NCBI GenBank assembly: GCA_965199755.1
Contig: CBDASZ010000001.1
Location: 768,001-832,000, forward strand
Length of the DNA: 64,000 bases
Direction: 5' to 3'
Source of the DNA: an uncultured candidatus Porisulfidus sp.
Lineage (GTDB): Bacteria > Pseudomonadota > Gammaproteobacteria > Poriferisulfidales > Poriferisulfidaceae
The translations under genes and the position numbers were made by a program. Positions 62,154 through 64,000 of the stretch are shown piece after piece. The notes beneath the pieces are model-generated. The model was not told where the DNA came from, did no database searches, and saw nothing but the letters and a program-made list of their open reading frames with translations. Position 1 is the first letter of the stretch, and each line of letters starts with the position of its first letter.

Positions 62154-62351
62154 AATATTGTTATTGTTCAGGTTTTTTGTGCTTGTTAAGGCACTATTCA
62201 AAGCGGCGAACCCTATTTCCACGGGTGTCGCGCCGTTTTCTTGAGTGTCCGGGAAAATGCAGGGTGTGAAAAGGCCCGATTTGCAGGCAAATTATACAGC
62301 AGAGGCGGATTTCAGTGGGTTGTGCGTGAGGGCAGTCTCTGGCACGGTGTT

Positions 62352-63155
62352 CTAGCTCAGATACAACGCATCGATGATTTCTCGCATTTCTTCCGCTTCA
62401 TCAAGATAATCCGCACATACTCGTTCCCATAATATTTCGGGAATGCCATACAGCGCTTCGGCAATGGATCCGGCAATGGCGGCCAGTGTGTCCGCGTCGC
62501 CTTCTAGAGCCACGGCATTGCGCAGAGCATCCTCAAAGTCTTCAGCCTCCAGCGCACTGATCAGAGCTTCCGGCACAGTTTTCTGGCACGCCTCGCTATA
62601 AGAGTAATCCCGGCGAACCTCTTCATAAGACCGCGACAAGTTGTAAGCGTAGATATCGGCGATTGTGTCGCGAATGTGCTGCGGAGCCGCCTGATTCAAG
62701 GCGAGCCAGATGGCATGAGTGGTGGCGCGCGCGCCCTTGATGCCTTCCGGGTGATTGTGCGTAATGGCTGTCACACGATCCGCATCCGCCAGCGCCTCAT
62801 TCAGTGTGCGATTGCGGTTCAGCCACGCGACCGGGGAGACGCGCATGGCCGCGCCGTTGCCGTAGCTGTCGTAGGGCTCGGGTTGATCCAGATCAATCCA
62901 TTCGCTGAAGCCGGCCCCATAACTTCCCATCGGACAAGGATGGTGACGACACCATGCCTGCAAGGTTCGCGCCGGATCTAGGTCATTCAACAGAATATCA
63001 GCCACCGCCACGGTGCAGATGCTGTCATCCGTATAAGAGCTGCCTAACACGCCGGCCTGCGGGTCAGGCAGCGTCAGTAATTCAAAGTCTTTGCCATTGC
63101 TGGGCATAAATTCAAACACAGAACCGACAATGTCGCCAATAATAGCGCCTTTCAT
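62352..63155 (-). CDS. ADP-ribosylglycohydrolase family protein
   Basis: GAIIGD, YTDDS, GNGAAMR, THNH, GDADTLAAIAG. Confidence 0.92.
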   Translation of the reverse strand: MKGAIIGDIVGSVFEFMPSNGKDFELLTLPDPQAGVLGSSYTDDSICTVAVADILLNDLDPARTLQAWCRHHPCPMGSYGAGFSEWIDLDQPEPYDSYGNGAAMRVSPVAWLNRNRTLNEALADADRVTAITHNHPEGIKGARATTHAIWLALNQAAPQHIRDTIADIYAYNLSRSYEEVRRDYSYSEACQKTVPEALISALEAEDFEDALRNAVALEGDADTLAAIAGSIAEALYGIPEILWERVCADYLDEAEEMREIIDALYLS

Positions 63156-64000
63156 GTATGTGTTGCTCCTTCAGTAATTACGGCACCGCCGAGGCAGACC
63201 GTGTCGTCATAAAAAACCACCGATTGCCCCGGAGCAGGACTCCACTGCGGGGTCTCGAATCGAACTGAAAAGTTCTTATTGTTGGAATCTAGTGTACAAG
63301 GTTGCAAGGTCTGGCGGTGGCGAATCCGGGCCTGCAGTCGATTCGTGTCAGGCGGCGTACCAGCGATCCAGTGCGGCGCGGCGACGGGAATGTCCGTGCA
63401 ATTCAGGTCGGGATGCTCGCGATCCTGCGTAACAATTAGCTGATTACGATCGAAGTCTTTCTCAAGCACATACCAGGGGGACTCCCAGGCATCGGCGACG
63501 CCACCGATTCCCAGACCTTTGCGCTGGCCCAATGTGTAGAAGGCAAGCCCCGTGTGCTCACCGATATTCTGCCCCTGTTCGTTCACGATTTCGCCAGGAT
63601 CCTTGGCAATGTAGCCTTCCAGAAAATCCCGGAATCGACGCTCACCAATAAAGCAAATCCCGGTGCTGTCTTTCTTGTCGTGCACCGGCAGGCTCAGACG
63701 GCGCGCCTGAGCGCGCACATCCGTCTTACGCCATGCGGCCAGAGGGAAATGCACCTGATTGAGTTGCGCCTGCTCAAGCAGGTGCAGGAAATAAGTCTGA
63801 TCCTTGTCTTGGTCCGCGGCCATGAGCAATTCGCTGCGGCCGTTGTGACGGACGTCCGCATAGTGGCCGGTGGCAATCCCGTCGGCACCAAGCCTGATCG
63901 CATGTGCGATGAACAGCTGGAACTTGATTTCGCGATTGCACAGCACATCAGGATTGGGGGTGCGCCCAGCCTGATATTCCTGCAAGAAGATCTGAAAGAC
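63152..64000 (-). CDS. mnmA: tRNA 2-thiouridylase MnmA (5' truncated by window edge)
   Basis: TPNPDVLCN, ATGHY, KDQTYFL, DSTGICFIG, PGQS. Confidence 0.96.
   Translation of the reverse strand, partial: VFQIFLQEYQAGRTPNPDVLCNREIKFQLFIAHAIRLGADGIATGHYADVRHNGRSELLMAADQDKDQTYFLHLLEQAQLNQVHFPLAAWRKTDVRAQARRLSLPVHDKKDSTGICFIGERRFRDFLEGYIAKDPGEIVNEQGQNIGEHTGLAFYTLGQRKGLGIGGVADAWESPWYVLEKDFDRNQLIVTQDREHPDLNCTDIPVAAPHWIAGTPPDTNRLQARIRHRQTLQPCTLDSNNKNFSVRFETPQWSPAPGQSVVFYDDTVCLGGAVITEGATHT

Overview
Gene-dense, GC-rich core-genome window from a Gammaproteobacterium-like organism (inferred from gene content and order). Left to right it contains: the isc operon (iscS partial, iscU, iscA, hscB, hscA, fdx, iscX); adk, cytochrome c5, ubiK, a Cys-cluster protein and cfa; an unpartnered Tat-exported SoxY, bepA and tusA; ilvIHC, pssA and rraA; a Zur-controlled znuA/zur/znuCB block ending in a His/Asp/Glu-rich outer-membrane beta-barrel; tRNA-Ser(GGA); aceA-icd; a NapC/NirT cytochrome with ccmA-I and lolC/E-lolD; exbBD and an in-frame MsbA-LpxK fusion with kdsB; a tetrahydromethanopterin C1 module (mptG-mtdB-orfY-mch-orf5-orf7-fae); moaE/moeA; surE-pcm-yqaA-nlpD; alaC-hom-thrC; purB, fumC, acnA, an ADP-ribosylglycohydrolase and partial mnmA. 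I saw no CRISPR array, integrase or transposase. The best candidate for something undescribed is 46192-47418: a Ros/MucR-like zinc finger plus a degenerate LAGLIDADG-like region fused to a QueD/PTPS domain with an altered metal motif, lying between methanopterin and molybdopterin genes. Other candidates are the His-rich porin in the Zur operon, the MsbA-LpxK fusion and a 25-aa membrane peptide ORF upstream of pssA. All family assignments are by-eye motif recognition; no searches were run.
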